Of a DNA stretch of 64,000 nt, positions 27,281 through 39,259 are shown in pieces. The notes under the pieces are model-generated. The model saw only the letters and a program-made list of their open reading frames with translations, was not told the origin of the DNA and searched no databases. The stretch covers positions 141,608,001-141,672,000 of the forward strand of contig OZ038378.1 in assembly GCA_964036045.1 (NCBI GenBank), given 5' to 3'. Both the position numbers and the translations under genes were made by a program. Source of the DNA: Eutreptiella sp. 'Long Island Sound 2002'. Lineage: Eukaryota > Protista > Euglenida. Each line of letters starts with the position of its first letter. Positions within the stretch are counted from its first letter, which is position 1.

Positions 27281-27420
27281 ATGAAAAGCGGCCCCACGAG
27301 CCCTCAAGGGAGACTCCATACCCCCAAGACAAAACTCGGCCGGTACAACCTCAGGTGCGAACTAGAAAACGGGCCAACAACAGAGCACCACGAAGTGGTT
27401 CTGACCTCTTTGGGCCCTAT
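27281..27420 (+). pseudogene. Possible non-LTR C-terminal zinc-knuckle remnant
   Basis: RLHTPKTKLGRYNLRCELENGPTTEHHEV resembles a decayed C-x2-C..ET-x2-H. Confidence 0.25.
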
Positions 27421-27999
27421 GCGCCTCAATACGAAAAAAGATTCCACGCTGGAACCCGGGACCGGTGCTAGTGCCACAAAATGTGGGAGCCCCATCGACC
27501 CCCCCGGATTCCATACCTAGGCGCAGAAGAAAACAACTGCTATGTGCACCAAACCACCGCTAGGTTATGGTATGACTAGGTGCTCATCACGCTCAAAAGG
27601 GCATGGCAAGGGGGCACATTCTAGCAACCACCATTTTTTTTTTGACATTGTGTTTGACCAATCATGATGTGGAGGAGGAGGAATACAATGCATACAATGG
27701 GGAGGAGCGACCATATGGGCCCTTGGACCCGGAGATTAGCGCGAAGGGGCTGGGGGTGGTAGGGCTTGTGCCGTTGCCTTTTCGAACGCCATGCCCTAGA
27801 GTGGGCTCTGGGGGTGCTGCCCGATTAGGGTCAGTCCAACGAAGCTGAAAGCGACTGCAGGCACTTGCAAACCACCACCCTAGCTTGTAACCGCTCGCTG
27901 GCGGTGGGTAGAGCATTGTTGCTGGGGAGGTATGGGTGGTCGCTCACTCCAAAAGAAGAGAGAAAAATGTACCATGCCATATCGCCAGAAGAGGCCCGT

Positions 28000-28389
28000 C
28001 ACGGGGGGGGGGGGGGGGCTCCGCGGCTCCTAGGATGCCAACTACCCCCCCCCCCCTCCCCCCACCCCAAGAGGCCTCTGGCCAACAGTCAGTTGTCAAA
28101 GGTTCTAGCCCAAGGAGCCGATCGGCGCCCTGGCGCCAAAGGCGCCCAATTGTACACAAGGAGGGAGTGTTAGCGCGCAGGCCAACTTTTTTGACCCGTG
28201 CCCCACCGTTCGGAGGTGCCCGACAGCCCCCCCCCCCCCCTGCCCGGGAACCGCCCTCCCCGACGCCCCCCCGGCGCCCCTCCCAGAACCCCCCCTCCCA
28301 GCCCCCCCCCCCCCCCCCCCCGGGCCTCCGGCCAACAGTTAGTGGAGGGGTGTAGTTGGCGTCCAGAAACGAGGGGTCACCCCCTCGTG
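28000..28389. mobile_element. 390-bp MITE with CACG..CGTG ends and 8-bp TSD
   Basis: AGGCCCGT at 27992-27999 and 28390-28397. Imperfect ~45-bp TIR (CACG-Gn..GGA(T/C)GCCAACTAC). Confidence 0.8.
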
Positions 28390-29208
28390 AGGCCCGTGTC
28401 TCTAGGATGCCTCCAACAGATGCCGGTCCACATGCGTCTGGTGGACGGCCCCATTTGACGGGGCACTGTTCACATGTAGTGCCTACGCTTTGCAGCCCTG
28501 TTCTGCACTTCCCACTAAAGAACGCATACTCCACATACTCCAGGGGCATGTGCTACGTAGGGGCATGTGCACCAGCGCTGTCCATGCGATTTCTGTCACA
28601 CTGTCACAGTCTACTCTCTGTTTGCTGAGTGACAGTCACCCCCCCCCCCCCCGGCCCCTCTGAATAGTAATTCGATAGCCACAGACGAGTAGCGAACTCC
28701 AGGGCATCATTTGGTGTTGTTTGGACTGATTGAGTGTGGCACAAGGTCAGGGGGGGTAAGGGAACCGTCATTTTCAGTTTTTGAAATTTAATTGGACGGC
28801 TGCATATTGAGCTTCTCCTGTGTGCTTGCTGGATGGACAAGGTAGTATTACTGGTGCATTGCTGTGTACTTCACATTTCCGGCATCCAAAGCACAACATT
28901 GCACGCTGTATCAGGCAGAACACTTATTTTCTTCCTTTTTGCCCTTTGCAATGTCAGCCATGGATGTCCATTCCAGTGGCCCCTGTTGAGCATGTGCAGC
29001 TCTTCAAAGTCAAATACTCTAAAAAAAAGTGGCACACAGCCCTGTCTCTCAGTATGCATCCCAACAGGCAGTTTCCAGGTCTTTTTGTTGTTCATATGCC
29101 CTTGTGCTGGCATGTTTTGCTTGTGTCATGCGTCCTTTGTGTTCCCTCAGGGGGGGGGGGGGGCGGCGTCACATTGGGTGTGTTCTCTTGGGGGTGCGAG
29201 GATACCGT

Positions 29209-29408
29209 NNNNNNNNNNNNNNNNNNNNNNNNNNNNNNNNNNNNNNNNNNNNNNNNNNNNNNNNNNNNNNNNNNNNNNNNNNNNNNNNNNNNNNNNNNNN
29301 NNNNNNNNNNNNNNNNNNNNNNNNNNNNNNNNNNNNNNNNNNNNNNNNNNNNNNNNNNNNNNNNNNNNNNNNNNNNNNNNNNNNNNNNNNNNNNNNNNNN
29401 NNNNNNNN
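29209..29408. other. Assembly gap (200 N)
   Basis: Run of N. Confidence 1.
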
Positions 29409-30193
29409 ACTTGGTACATGCAGCCTGAAACCACGATGGGGCGATAGTTGCCCGCATCACTCGGGTCCCCTTTTCTGTAGAGTAAGAAGATGCGGGTATC
29501 CGTCCAGGAGGTGGGGAGAGATCCCGACTGCCATACCTATTGGATGTGCTGGAACAGAATCCATTGAGCTATTTCAGGTAGGTGTGCAAGCAAATGTGGT
29601 GGTATGTGATCCATGCTTGCCGATTGTTGCTTTGGGACTTTGATACTCTGGTGAAACTCGTGCCACGTCGGGATTTCTGAAGATATGTGGGGTGACTCCC
29701 GGAAGGTGCGCTCAGGGAGTGCAGATGCCACTTCCGGGTCCCACTCGAGATTACCAGCAAAATTTGGCAGATTTTGCAGTGTAGACTGAGGGGCTGGGGA
29801 TACGGAAGATCTCTCGAAGGGTTGCATGAGCCAATCACACAGCTCGTGGAAAAACGCACTGGTGGTTGTCACGGCCGACTTATGAAATCGGCGTAGGCGA
29901 CACAACACATCGCGGTGTCTTTGCTTGTGTGTATGCTCACCCCATTGTTTCAGAGCCTCTTGGTCGCGTGGGGAGGAGTGTAGCCGGGACTTCAGGTGCA
30001 AAACTACGGGATCCTCTGGCAGGATTGGTTTTGCCAGGCCTAGACATAATGCCGCACCTCGTCCATGATCCGCTGGGATTTGTGGTGTAGGGGGAGGTCG
30101 TGGGCATGCGACATAGGATGTAATGTTGCTATTGATGCTATTACTGGTGGTACTACCAGTGCTGCTAGTGTATTGACTGCTACTGAAACCCAC
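29409..30193 (-). pseudogene. Non-LTR retrotransposon RT N-terminal region, cut by the gap
   Basis: PTWHEFHQSIKVPKQQSASMDHIPP..QHIQ*VWQSGSLPTSWTDTRIFLLYRKGDPSDAGNYRPIVVSGCMYQ is the classic early RT block (KGDP..NYRPI), with one in-frame TAG. Confidence 0.85.
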
Positions 30194-30296
30194 AACATCT
30201 CGAAATTTTGGAAAAAAAACTTGGTCCTAGGTCTACATGCCATTTGCAAGTAAGTGTATGCGAGACATGGCTGGTGCCCGAGTGGTATGTGTGTTA

Positions 30297-30600
30297 GGGG
30301 GAACCCTTGCATCGTGTGCGCACTGCGCACTATCTTTAGACTAAATTCCCGTCCAAGAGCCCAGACACACCCTTTCCAGATGCGCTCAAAATTAGGCCAC
30401 CCAAACTACCCTCAAGACAAGTGCAAGCCACCTTTCCTTCCTAAAAGACATCATGCAAAATGGGAAAGGCTATGAGCAACGATGGTTGCCACCCTCACCG
30501 ACACTTCCCATTTCTTGGGTGATTGCTGTAGCGCTGTTGCTCCTAAGCTTTCCTCTCCATTGTGTGCATACCAAAAAAACTTTATTGCCTTCGGCAAGGC
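30297..30600. mobile_element. Diverged terminal fragment of the Harbinger-group element at 40327
   Basis: TTA|GGGGGAACCCTTGC..GCGCACTGCGC..TTTAGACTA..AAGAGCCC..AATTAGG..CCCAAACT..CATCATGCA..GGAAAGGC aligns by eye to 40327-40560. Confidence 0.7.
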
Positions 30601-30965
30601 ACCTGGAAAAGGGGGAGAGGGAGGACCATTTTTGAGCTGACCAGGCTAGAAAGCCGCATAAGCAGGTTGTGCCCTAGCCCCCTTGGAAGCCCCCCCCCCC
30701 CAACACCCAAATAGGGTGAAAAACACATGAAGAGGGGCTAAAACATGCTTTACATAGGATATTTTATCATTTTGCATGGTCAAAATATCAGAACAAGCAG
30801 TTTTGAAAATTCTATTGCCTTCGGCAGTGCACCTCGAAGAGAGGTTGACAGTCAGCCAATCAGTCAGTTAGACAGGCCAGCAGTCCGTCAGACAGAAACA
30901 CACACTTTGGGTTTTTTGTTAGTAGCAGACACTTTATGCAGCAGTCGGGTCCATTCTGACTTCAA

Positions 30966-31040
30966 GCATTGGTGGTGGCCGAGTGGTAATGCATGCCACC
31001 GCTAACTTGTAGGTCGGCGGTTCGAACCCCGGTGCGGTGA
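30966..31040 (+). ncRNA. tRNA-like Pol III promoter module A (copy 1)
   Basis: A-box TGGCCGAGTGG (30976-30986) and B-box GGTTCGAACCC (31019-31029). Cloverleaf is degenerate. Confidence 0.6.
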
Positions 31041-31070
31041 TTATTTGCAGCGGCGCCGCCGCTGCATAAG

Positions 31071-31145
31071 TCAGCAGACCAGGATTCGAACCACCGACTA
31101 TAAAGTGTGCGTCGGCTGCATTACCATTGGACCAGCGGCGATGCC
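31071..31145 (-). ncRNA. tRNA-like Pol III promoter module B (copy 1), convergent with A
   Basis: Minus-strand A-box TGGTCCAATGG (31124-31134) and B-box GGTTCGAATCC (31082-31092). Confidence 0.6.
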
Positions 31146-31487
31146 ACAGCATTCAGCTTCCCACTGCTTGAAGCCTGTTGAGCAAAATCACCTCGAAGAG
31201 AGGTTGTTAGATCAAGCGCAGGCGCGAGCGGCGTATACCCCCCTTTTTTGGGGTCATTCGCGCAGCATACCCCAAGGCATGATATTGGATGTCCAACCCC
31301 TTGTAAAATCATTATTTTGCCCAATAAGACCATCCCCCAATGGATTTTTTGATTCTGAGGCCTCTACCCCCTAAAACTGGATATCACTTTTTGGGGGGGG
31401 GGGGGGGGGGTGGGGGTGGGGGGTGGGGGGGGGGGTCAAAAGTTTTTGCTCAACAGGCTTCAAGCAGTGGGGAAGCTGAACGCTGTA

Positions 31488-31566
31488 GCATCGCCGCTGG
31501 TCCAATGGTAACGTAGCCGACGCGTACTCTATAGTCGGTGGTTCGAATCCTGGCCTGCTGACTTTT
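31488..31566 (+). ncRNA. tRNA-like module B (copy 2)
   Basis: A-box at 31498-31508, B-box at 31540-31550, followed by TTTT (31563-31566). Confidence 0.6.
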
Positions 31567-31590
31567 GCAGCGGCGGCGCCGCTGCAAATA

Positions 31591-31666
31591 ATCACCGCAC
31601 CAGGGTTCGAACCGCCAACCTACAAGCTTGCGGTGGCATGCATTACCACTCGGCCACCACCGATGC
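31591..31666 (-). ncRNA. tRNA-like module A (copy 2)
   Basis: Minus-strand A-box at 31646-31656 and B-box at 31603-31613. Confidence 0.6.
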
Positions 31667-32809
31667 TGGAAATCAGATTGGTCCCGACTGCTGCATAAAG
31701 TGTCTGCTACTAACAAAAAACCCAAAGTGTGTGTTTCTGTCTGACGGACTGCTGGCCTGTCTAACTGACTGATTGGCTGACTGTCAACCTCTCTTCGAGG
31801 TGCACCGCCGAAGGCAATAGAATTTCCATTTTTGAGTTGCCGAGGGTGGAAAACTGCATAAGCAGGTTGGGGCCCTGGCCCCCTTGGGACCCCCCCCCCC
31901 CCCACAACACCCAAATAGGGTGATAAAGACATAAAGATCTCATAGGATATTTGATCATTTTGGATTGTCAAAATATGAAAAAAATCAGTTTCGGAAATTA
32001 CCATTTTTGAGCTGCCGAGGTTGGAAAACTACATAAGCAGGTTGTGCCCTGGCCCCCTTGGGAGCCCCCCCCCCCCCCCCCCCCACACCCAAATAGGGTG
32101 AAAAACACACAAAGAGGGTCTAAAACATGCTTTACATAGCATATTTCATCATTGTGAGTAGTCACAATATCCAAAATCACCTCGCAGAGGTTGTTAGATC
32201 AAAGCCAGGCAGGCGTATATATGGGGAAAACGCCACATACCCCCCCATTTGGGCCTATTCGCGTACCCTACCCCAAGGGGTTGAATTGTTAGTTTAACCC
32301 CTTGTAAAATCATTATTTTGTCCAATAAACGCATCCCCCAATGAGTTTTTGGTCCGGACCCCCCCAGACCCCCCCACTTGAAACCCACTTTTTAGGGGGG
32401 GGTGGGGGGGGGGTGGGGGGGGTGGGGGGGGGGGGGTCAAAAATGTCGAAAAAATGACCCCCCCTTTTTTTGGGTCGAAAATCATGAATCTTTTGGTTTT
32501 TTTCGATTTTGAGCCGAAAAAGTGTTTCCGGGTCCCGACTCCATAGGGTTCGTATGGGGCGGAGTGGGACGAGCGCTGATGCAGTTCATGCACTTTTCAG
32601 CCATTTATGCTATGTTGGCGGTTTTGGCAACCTCGGTGAACCCGTGGTACCCACCCTGAGGGGTGCGAGTGGGGATGTTGTGACAGTATATGCCTACTAG
32701 GATACGAAAGGACGGTTTTTGCAGTCTGTAGCCTTGCTTATGGCCGTTCACAACCCGTGCCAAAGACGCGAAATGACTGTTTCCACCAATAATGGCCTAG
32801 TGAATGGGG

Positions 32810-33760
32810 AGGTACACAACCTGCTTATGCAGTTTTTCACCCCAGGCAGCTCAAAAATCGAAGTTTTCGAAACTTGTTTTTTTGATATTGTGACCACCCA
32901 AAATGACCATCCAAGCTATGCAAAGCATGTTTTAGGCCGTATTTACGTGTTTTTCACCCTATTTGGGTATCAGGTCGGGGGGGGGGGGGGGGGCTCCCAA
33001 GGGACTGGTGCACAACCTGCTTATGCCGTTTTTTAAACTGGACAGCTCAAAAATCGAAGTTTTCGAAACTTGTTTTTTTGATATTGTGACCACCCAAAAT
33101 GACCACCCAAGGTATGTAAAGCATGTTTTAGGCCGCATTTACGTGTTTTTCACCCTATTTGGGAATCAGGTCCGGGAGGGGGGGGGGGGGGGGGGGCTCC
33201 TAGGGGATTGGTACACAACCTGCTTATGCAGCTTTTCACCCCGGACAGCTCAAAAATGGAAGTTTTCGAAACTTGTTTTTGTGATATTGTGATCACCTAA
33301 AATGACCATCCAAGGTATGTAAAGCATGTTTTAGGCCGTATTTACGTGTTTTTCACCCCATTTGGGTATTAGGTCCAGGGGGGGGGGTCTCCCAAGGGAT
33401 TGGTACACAACCTGCTCATGCAGTTTGTCACCGTGGACAGCTGAAAAATCGAAGTTTTCGAAACTTGTTTTTCTGATATTGTGACCACCTAAAATGATCA
33501 TCCAAGGTATGTAAAGCATATTTTAGGCCGTATGTACATCTTTTTCACCCTATTTGGGTATTAGGTCCCGGGGGTGGGGGGGGGGGTCTCCCAAGGGATT
33601 GGTACACAACTTGCTAGTGCAGTTTTTCACCCTGGGCAGCTCAAAAATCGAAGTTTTCGAAACTTGTTTTTTTGATACCGTGATCACCTAAAATGATCAT
33701 CCAAGGTATCTGAAGCATGTTTTAGCCGGTATTTATGTAGTTTCCACCCTATTTTGGGTG
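32810..33760. repeat. ~197-bp satellite, 5 tandem copies
   Basis: ACACAACCTGCTTATGC-like anchors near 32813, 33009, 33213, 33404 and 33604, each with CAGCTCAAAAATCGAAGTTTTCGAAACTTG. Inverted relatives at ~30640-30810 and ~31850-32170. Confidence 0.9.
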
Positions 33761-34261
33761 TGTGTTGCTCGCGGTAGATTCTCTGCGAGGTGGACTTGCC
33801 GAAGGCAATAGAATTTTTCATTTTTGACTTGTAGAGGGTGGAAAACTGCTCTAGCAGTTTGTGCACACACCAAATGCCATTGAACCACCTACAAACAGCA
33901 ATTTTGAGGTTTTTGGGGGGGCTAGGGTCGGGCTGGATGGGCCCAGTGGCCACTACGTGGGTCCCCATGGGCGCTCAAGTACCCGTATTGTCACCAAATG
34001 ATCACCCAAACCCATCCTAGGGGCAACAGAAGGGTTTCGGAAAAAGTCGAAATGTTAAAAATCTTCAAGTGTCACTGAACAACCTACGCAACAGCAATTT
34101 TGGGGCTGTCGGAGGGCCCATGGCACAGGCTACATAGGCCTAGCGGCCACTACGTGGGTCCCAATGGGTGCTCAAGTACCCGTATTGTCACCAAATGATC
34201 ACCCAAACCCATCCTAGGGGCAACAAAAGGGTGTCATAAAAAATCGAATTTCAAAACTGTT

Positions 34262-34900
34262 TCACGTGCCACTAAACAGCCTATCCAGTGTGAAAACGGC
34301 TAAGTCCTCACTGGCAAGGGGCCATATGGTGGGGGCCAACTCCGGGTGGTCGTGTGCCATGATACAATATAGTCCTTCTCGGATAGGCATCTCTGGCATC
34401 AGCTCCGTTACGGCGTGGGGATACACAAGAGTTTGTCTTCTTCCGATGCTGACTGTGTGAATTCTTGAACTCATGTCACAATTACACCTTGGTGCATTGC
34501 ACCACCCGCTGTGAGAGGGTAACCCTCCGCCCCATATCTCAGGATCTAAGATGCAATGGCCCCCGCCATGAACAAAATTTTTCAGGCATGACCCCACTGT
34601 GTTTTTGCTTATGCATAGAAAGACATGGACAGGATGCCTACGGGGAGTTGTCGCATAGTGTAGCACTCGCTTGAGGGAACCAAAGATTTTCTGGTGATGA
34701 GGCCCTCTCCGAAAAAGAGGTCAATGCTGCATACCAACGTGCGCGCTCGCCGCTCGTCATAAAGGCTGTGCCCCAGGTGGTGCAGTTCTTCCGCAATCTT
34801 GCAGACAGATTGGGGCACCCCACTCAACTTCATTCTTGTCGAGGTTTGCCTGGCACCTTTTTTGTTCCGTGGACACTGCGTGTGACATGCTGTTGCTTGT
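34262..34900 (-). pseudogene. Possible KDZ-type transposase remnant
   Basis: Order of weak motifs FMTSGER..Y, LCD, HPVHV..C and GGGHC..PEIW loosely follows KDZ (GER, YD-x-x-C, FH..H..C, G..DGE..W). Heavily frameshifted. Confidence 0.25.
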
Positions 34901-35750
34901 TCGACAGCCATTCTTCAGGGACAAAAATGATTACCGGTGGATCACCAGATAGTTGACGGCGCGAGCGTTGAGGAGTGCTGTGCACTCCCACACCTCTTCA
35001 GAAATTTTGCCTGCCACCGCTCTCTGTGAGCATTGGTGTGCAATGGTTGACCGCATTTATCAGGACTCAGCAGTGTCCGAAGGCCAATGCCACGAGATGT
35101 GCAGATGCGGAGAAGAGGATGCCACGTAGCTGGACAGTGCCATGGCATCCCTCTGCCCCTCTGCAGCCCCGCGATCTGCCTTGAATCTGGTTTGTGTCGC
35201 TCCCCTAGATCTGACATCACAAACGCTAACGCTGGATCATGACCGGAGTCCAGCCTTTGTTTGACACCGCCTCGGGATGTTTGGCCACGGGGCTCAAAGG
35301 GTAGGAAGGTTGACGTGGCAATGCGCAGAGTGTTGGCAGTGCTGAGCGGTGCTCCTTCCGGGAGGATGAGTCATTTGGGGTGGCGGCCGGGCCCTTGGGA
35401 GCCAACACACAGTGCTGCCGCCTTCGTGGCAACGGCAGACCAGAACATGTAGCCCCGTACGGTGGTATGGTGAGGTACACAAGAACACTGTTGGTGCTTC
35501 AATATGAGTTGCCGCCAGGGATGTGCCCAAGACTGGACCACGTTTGGGAGTATGGTCAAAGAGGGGGAGGGGGGCTGCTTTGCCATGGACACGTCCAGGG
35601 ATGGGTACCCCGCCCCCCCCCCCCCCATGGGCTGCATCCTTGCGTGTCTGATGCGAAAGATCCTCAAGTGAGGGGCGATGGCCAGTAGAACAAATCCCCA
35701 TTTCCCTTCCTCAGTGTCACTCTTGTCTGCCAAACCTCCGCAGGTCAGTG

Positions 35751-35786
35751 ATGGCCGAGATCGTGAAGTGGCGCAGGCCTTGGCCT
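35751..35786 (+). CDS. Putative first coding exon of host gene (MAEIVKWRRPWP)
   Basis: ATG lies 7 nt after a pyrimidine-rich acceptor (CCTCCGCAG| at 35743). GC3 codons. GT at 35787 is in phase 0 with 35940. Confidence 0.35.
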
Positions 35787-35939
35787 GTCCAAAGCTAATG
35801 CCATTTGTGGTGCGCAAGGCTCATGTTCGATGTGCTGGCCGCGGGGCAGTCCTTCAGTGCCCGAGCCTCATCGCATCAACCCAGTCTTGCCCCCTCAAAG
35901 GCGTTGCCTGACATCGGTCTTGATGGGCAACCCCCACAG

Positions 35940-36133
35940 CCGGTGGCCGGCTTCGTATGGCACAGGCTCCTGATGGACACGGGGTTTCGAATGAGGGTCA
36001 AGGACGTGCTCGCGCAGGAGCGCTGTTCCATCAACGGCCTCCTGCGGCGGGTGTCCAAGCAGGTGGCCAACAACCTGCGGGCGCGCTTTGTCTGGTGGCT
36101 GCGCCACGCAAGGACGGTGCAGTTTGCGAGCAG
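35940..36133 (+). CDS. Host gene exon
   Basis: CCCCCACAG| acceptor, strongly GC3-biased PVAGFVWHRLLMDTGFRMRVKDVL..RARFVWWLRHAR, CAG|GTGCGC donor in phase 2 matching 38028. Confidence 0.6.
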
Positions 36134-38027
36134 GTGCGCCCATTCGCCGCTGCGGGCTGCTGAGGGTCTGGGGGGCTGGCGGATGGTGCAGTCTGTTGGC
36201 CCCTGCGTGGCCCCCTCGGTGCCCTGTGATGGGTCGCACGCACACCGAAGGCATGGGTCATGACGCACGACACGCCATGGGCACTCGCAGGGAAGGAAGG
36301 GGGCCTGCTGGTCCCCCGGTGCGCGTCGAAGAGGAGAAGACCCCGGGTGGACAGGAGAGGGGGGGTGCCACAAAGGCTGAAATCGTGTGCCGGTTGGTAC
36401 TGCCGGGGGAACGCACGGGGCAAATCGGCTGCAGCACTTTTACCCAAAACCAAAAAGAACGGGCAGACTGCGACAAAGCTCCTGCATGAATACGCTGCAA
36501 TGAAGGAAAACTGCAATGGGAACTGTGGTACATAGAACACCAAACCCCCCGGCGCGGGAACCACGCCAGAGCCCAATAACCAGCCTTACACCGACACGGG
36601 ACGTAAGACGTGCTCCAGTGAAGTCGTGTAAGGCGAAGGCCAGAAGGCTCGAACAACACCCTCCCACCTCAAACCCACACGCACTGAAAGGCCTCCCTGT
36701 ACAAGGGCCCAGCATGATAAGGCCTTTCCCTGCCGCAAGAGTTGGAAGAAATCGGACGGTGCTACAACGCCCAGGTCCCTGAACACAGGCCCCACAAGAT
36801 GGCAGCACGGCGCCCCATGTATTCCTAGCATTTCCCCCAAGCCTCCAGGTTTACATAGCTATGGATTCCAAAGCACGACACCACACAAGAGGCGCCCAGC
36901 GGTGATAACGCGAAAGCAGACTGCTAATCACCTTGAAAAATCATCATCCGAGCGTTCCTCAGACACGGCGGAATCTATGCTGGAGTTTGGCACAGTGTGG
37001 AGCCCTTCCTACTGCATCCCCCCCTTCCTACTGCATTCGCCCCCGCCTGCGGCCCTGGATCAATTCCCGCTCATTATCAGCCACCAACGTCAGAATTGGA
37101 ACGCCAAAACAGTACCAGTCACATCACCCTTCCGCCAGGGACACCACCTCCGACCCCTGTGCACCCCTGTCCAGCGCATCTTCTGCCACCTCCCCTTGCG
37201 GCTCCACTGGGCAGACTGTGGCCACGGCCCGCCCGCAGCGCCCCTCCCAATCCGTAGTGCAGTAGAGAGGCGGTGGGTGGACCAACGAAGGATTGCAGGT
37301 ATTCCCAAGCGGTGCTGATGCCCCCCAGCGGTTCATGTCTGCCCTGGACCCATCAACTTGTTGGGGTTTGCCCCACATCCCTCCATCCAAATGGGCTCCA
37401 ACACAGAGAAATGGATGGCAAGTTTCGGGAAACTGTGGAAACGAAGCAATCACATCCCTTTGCGGATCCATGTTGGGGTGGGTTTGGGCTGCTGGGGAGG
37501 GTCTGAAAACCCCACCTCCCCTTCTTTTGACACGGAAAACATGAATCCCCTCCGCTGTGGTTGTTAGAACAAGCCCATGTAGCCCCACATCTATGGCAAA
37601 CACCACATACCCCTTTTTGGCACCATAGCCCAGAGGGTCAAATTGTGGGTTTAACTCTTGTAAGCTTGTCCAATAAAAGTATCGAGCGTGCGACATACCA
37701 CCACGGCTTAGGGCCCTGCATACTCTGACCACGCCGCCCAGAGCTAAGGGAGCTTCCGATCCGCCGTCCGGGGCGCATCCTGGTGCGTCCTTTTTCACGA
37801 CAGCCTCTGGCCAGCCCAACTCAGACGTGGAGACTTCAGAGGAACGGACTTGGGGCCTATGGACAGTCCCCTTTGGTCTAGTGACCGAGAGTCCCAGCCC
37901 CCCTGAATCCTTCCCCTACCGGCTCTGTCTGCAACCCGGTTTTACAAAACCATGGAAATGGCCAGCGGCGGCATCTCATGATGAACCACATTCATCGGGA
38001 GCCCAACCGCGTTGGAATACCCCGCAG

Positions 38028-38463
38028 GCCTTTTCGTGAGCCCCACTTCCAGTCCTCGCTCTGCTTGCGGAATCGCAGGTACAGCGAAATTCTCGCTGCG
38101 GCCCATGCGGTCCTGCGGGCGGACCGGCCCGATGACAGCCAAAAGCTGTCGGTCCAGAGCGCTAGCGGCGATTCCACGAACAAAACTCAGCAGAGCCTCG
38201 AGCTGAAGGCGAAGCTGATGACGTGGTGGGCTGGACTGCCCATGGGCAAGGGCATGGGGATGGACAAGGCCATGTTTTTCCGGTTCCACCTGCTGCTCTG
38301 GGGGGCCATCATTTACTGTGACACCCGCTACCCCTTCCACTTGAACGCCGAGGAGATTGCCCTGGCGCGAGATGCGGCGGAGTTTGATTGGCGGATGGTG
38401 CGCCGCGGGTGCACCACCCTCAACCAGCGGGCCTTCATCGACTTCATGGAGCATGTGCTGGAG
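38028..38463 (+). CDS. Host gene exon encoding a helical, EF-hand-like uncharacterised domain
   Basis: CCCCGCAG| acceptor, GC3-biased KLMTWW..MDKAMFFRFH..ARDAAEFDWRMVRRG..LNQRAFIDFMEHVLE, GAG|GTACAT donor. Confidence 0.8.
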
Positions 38464-38637
38464 GTACATGGCACCCACCGCAGGATCGACAGGATACCTC
38501 ACGCATTCTACTCTCACCCACAACACAGACCCCGCCCCTCCCCAGGGCACTCCCCAGAAGCAGATCACACAGCGGCTGTGGCCCTGGCCACCGGTTGTAC
38601 GCCACGGCGACCAACCAACCTGTAGGAGCCCCGTCCC

Positions 38638-38853
38638 CAGGGATGTATTGGAACGGCCGTGCACCGTAGGAGGAGCCCCCCCACCCCCCCCTCCCCTTCC
38701 AATGTTTGAGGGTGACAGCCAAAATTTGGCTTCGGCGCCTTTGGCGCCACGAGGATTTAAGCTTAAGAATTTTCGGCCCGCCTTCGGCGGGTACCATAGG
38801 GGGACCCTGGGAGGAGGGGGCCCCAGCCAAACCCCCCTTCTAATACATCCCTG
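38638..38853. mobile_element. 216-bp hAT-type MITE
   Basis: TIR CAGGGATGTATTGGAA / TTCTAATACATCCCTG (1 mismatch). Flanks CCCGTCCC / CCCCTCCC (8-bp TSD, 1 mismatch). Confidence 0.8.
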
Positions 38854-39259
38854 CCCCTCCCCTGCCCTGGCAAGAATGCGGCCTTGTATAGACACCAGCC
38901 TGTTTGACTATTGTTGTGATGGTCAACAATGCAACATGCCGTGCGTGTGTGAGCGGGTTGTCGTGGGACCGCGGGGCCGGGTCATGCCGGTGCACAGTCG
39001 TTCATGACACCAAGCTGCTGGACAATGCGGCCCACCTCCGTTTGTTTTGATACGATTCATAACGGATTTGACTGCAAATGCCCCCCCCCCCCCTCCCAAA
39101 CAACAAAAACAACAACAACACCGTCCGGCCGGACGGTGCGCAGCGTGCGCAGGCCCAGGCTACGCTGACGGGGGTGATGCCACCGCAGGCTGCGGGACCC
39201 TTTGCAACGGTGCGCGGGACCCCTGGGGCATTCACTCGGCCCAGCGGAACGATGGAGCC

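Noticed and set aside
30966-31666. Functional tRNA genes
   Set aside because: T-stems and anticodon stems do not pair; only promoter boxes are preserved.
35771-35915. Possible euglenid nonconventional intron (GCGCAG...CTGACATC with CAGGC/GCCTG pairing)
   Set aside because: Removing it leads into a frame that stops within 19 codons, whereas the GT-AG intron 35787-35939 keeps the GC3-biased frame. Pairing is only 5 bp.
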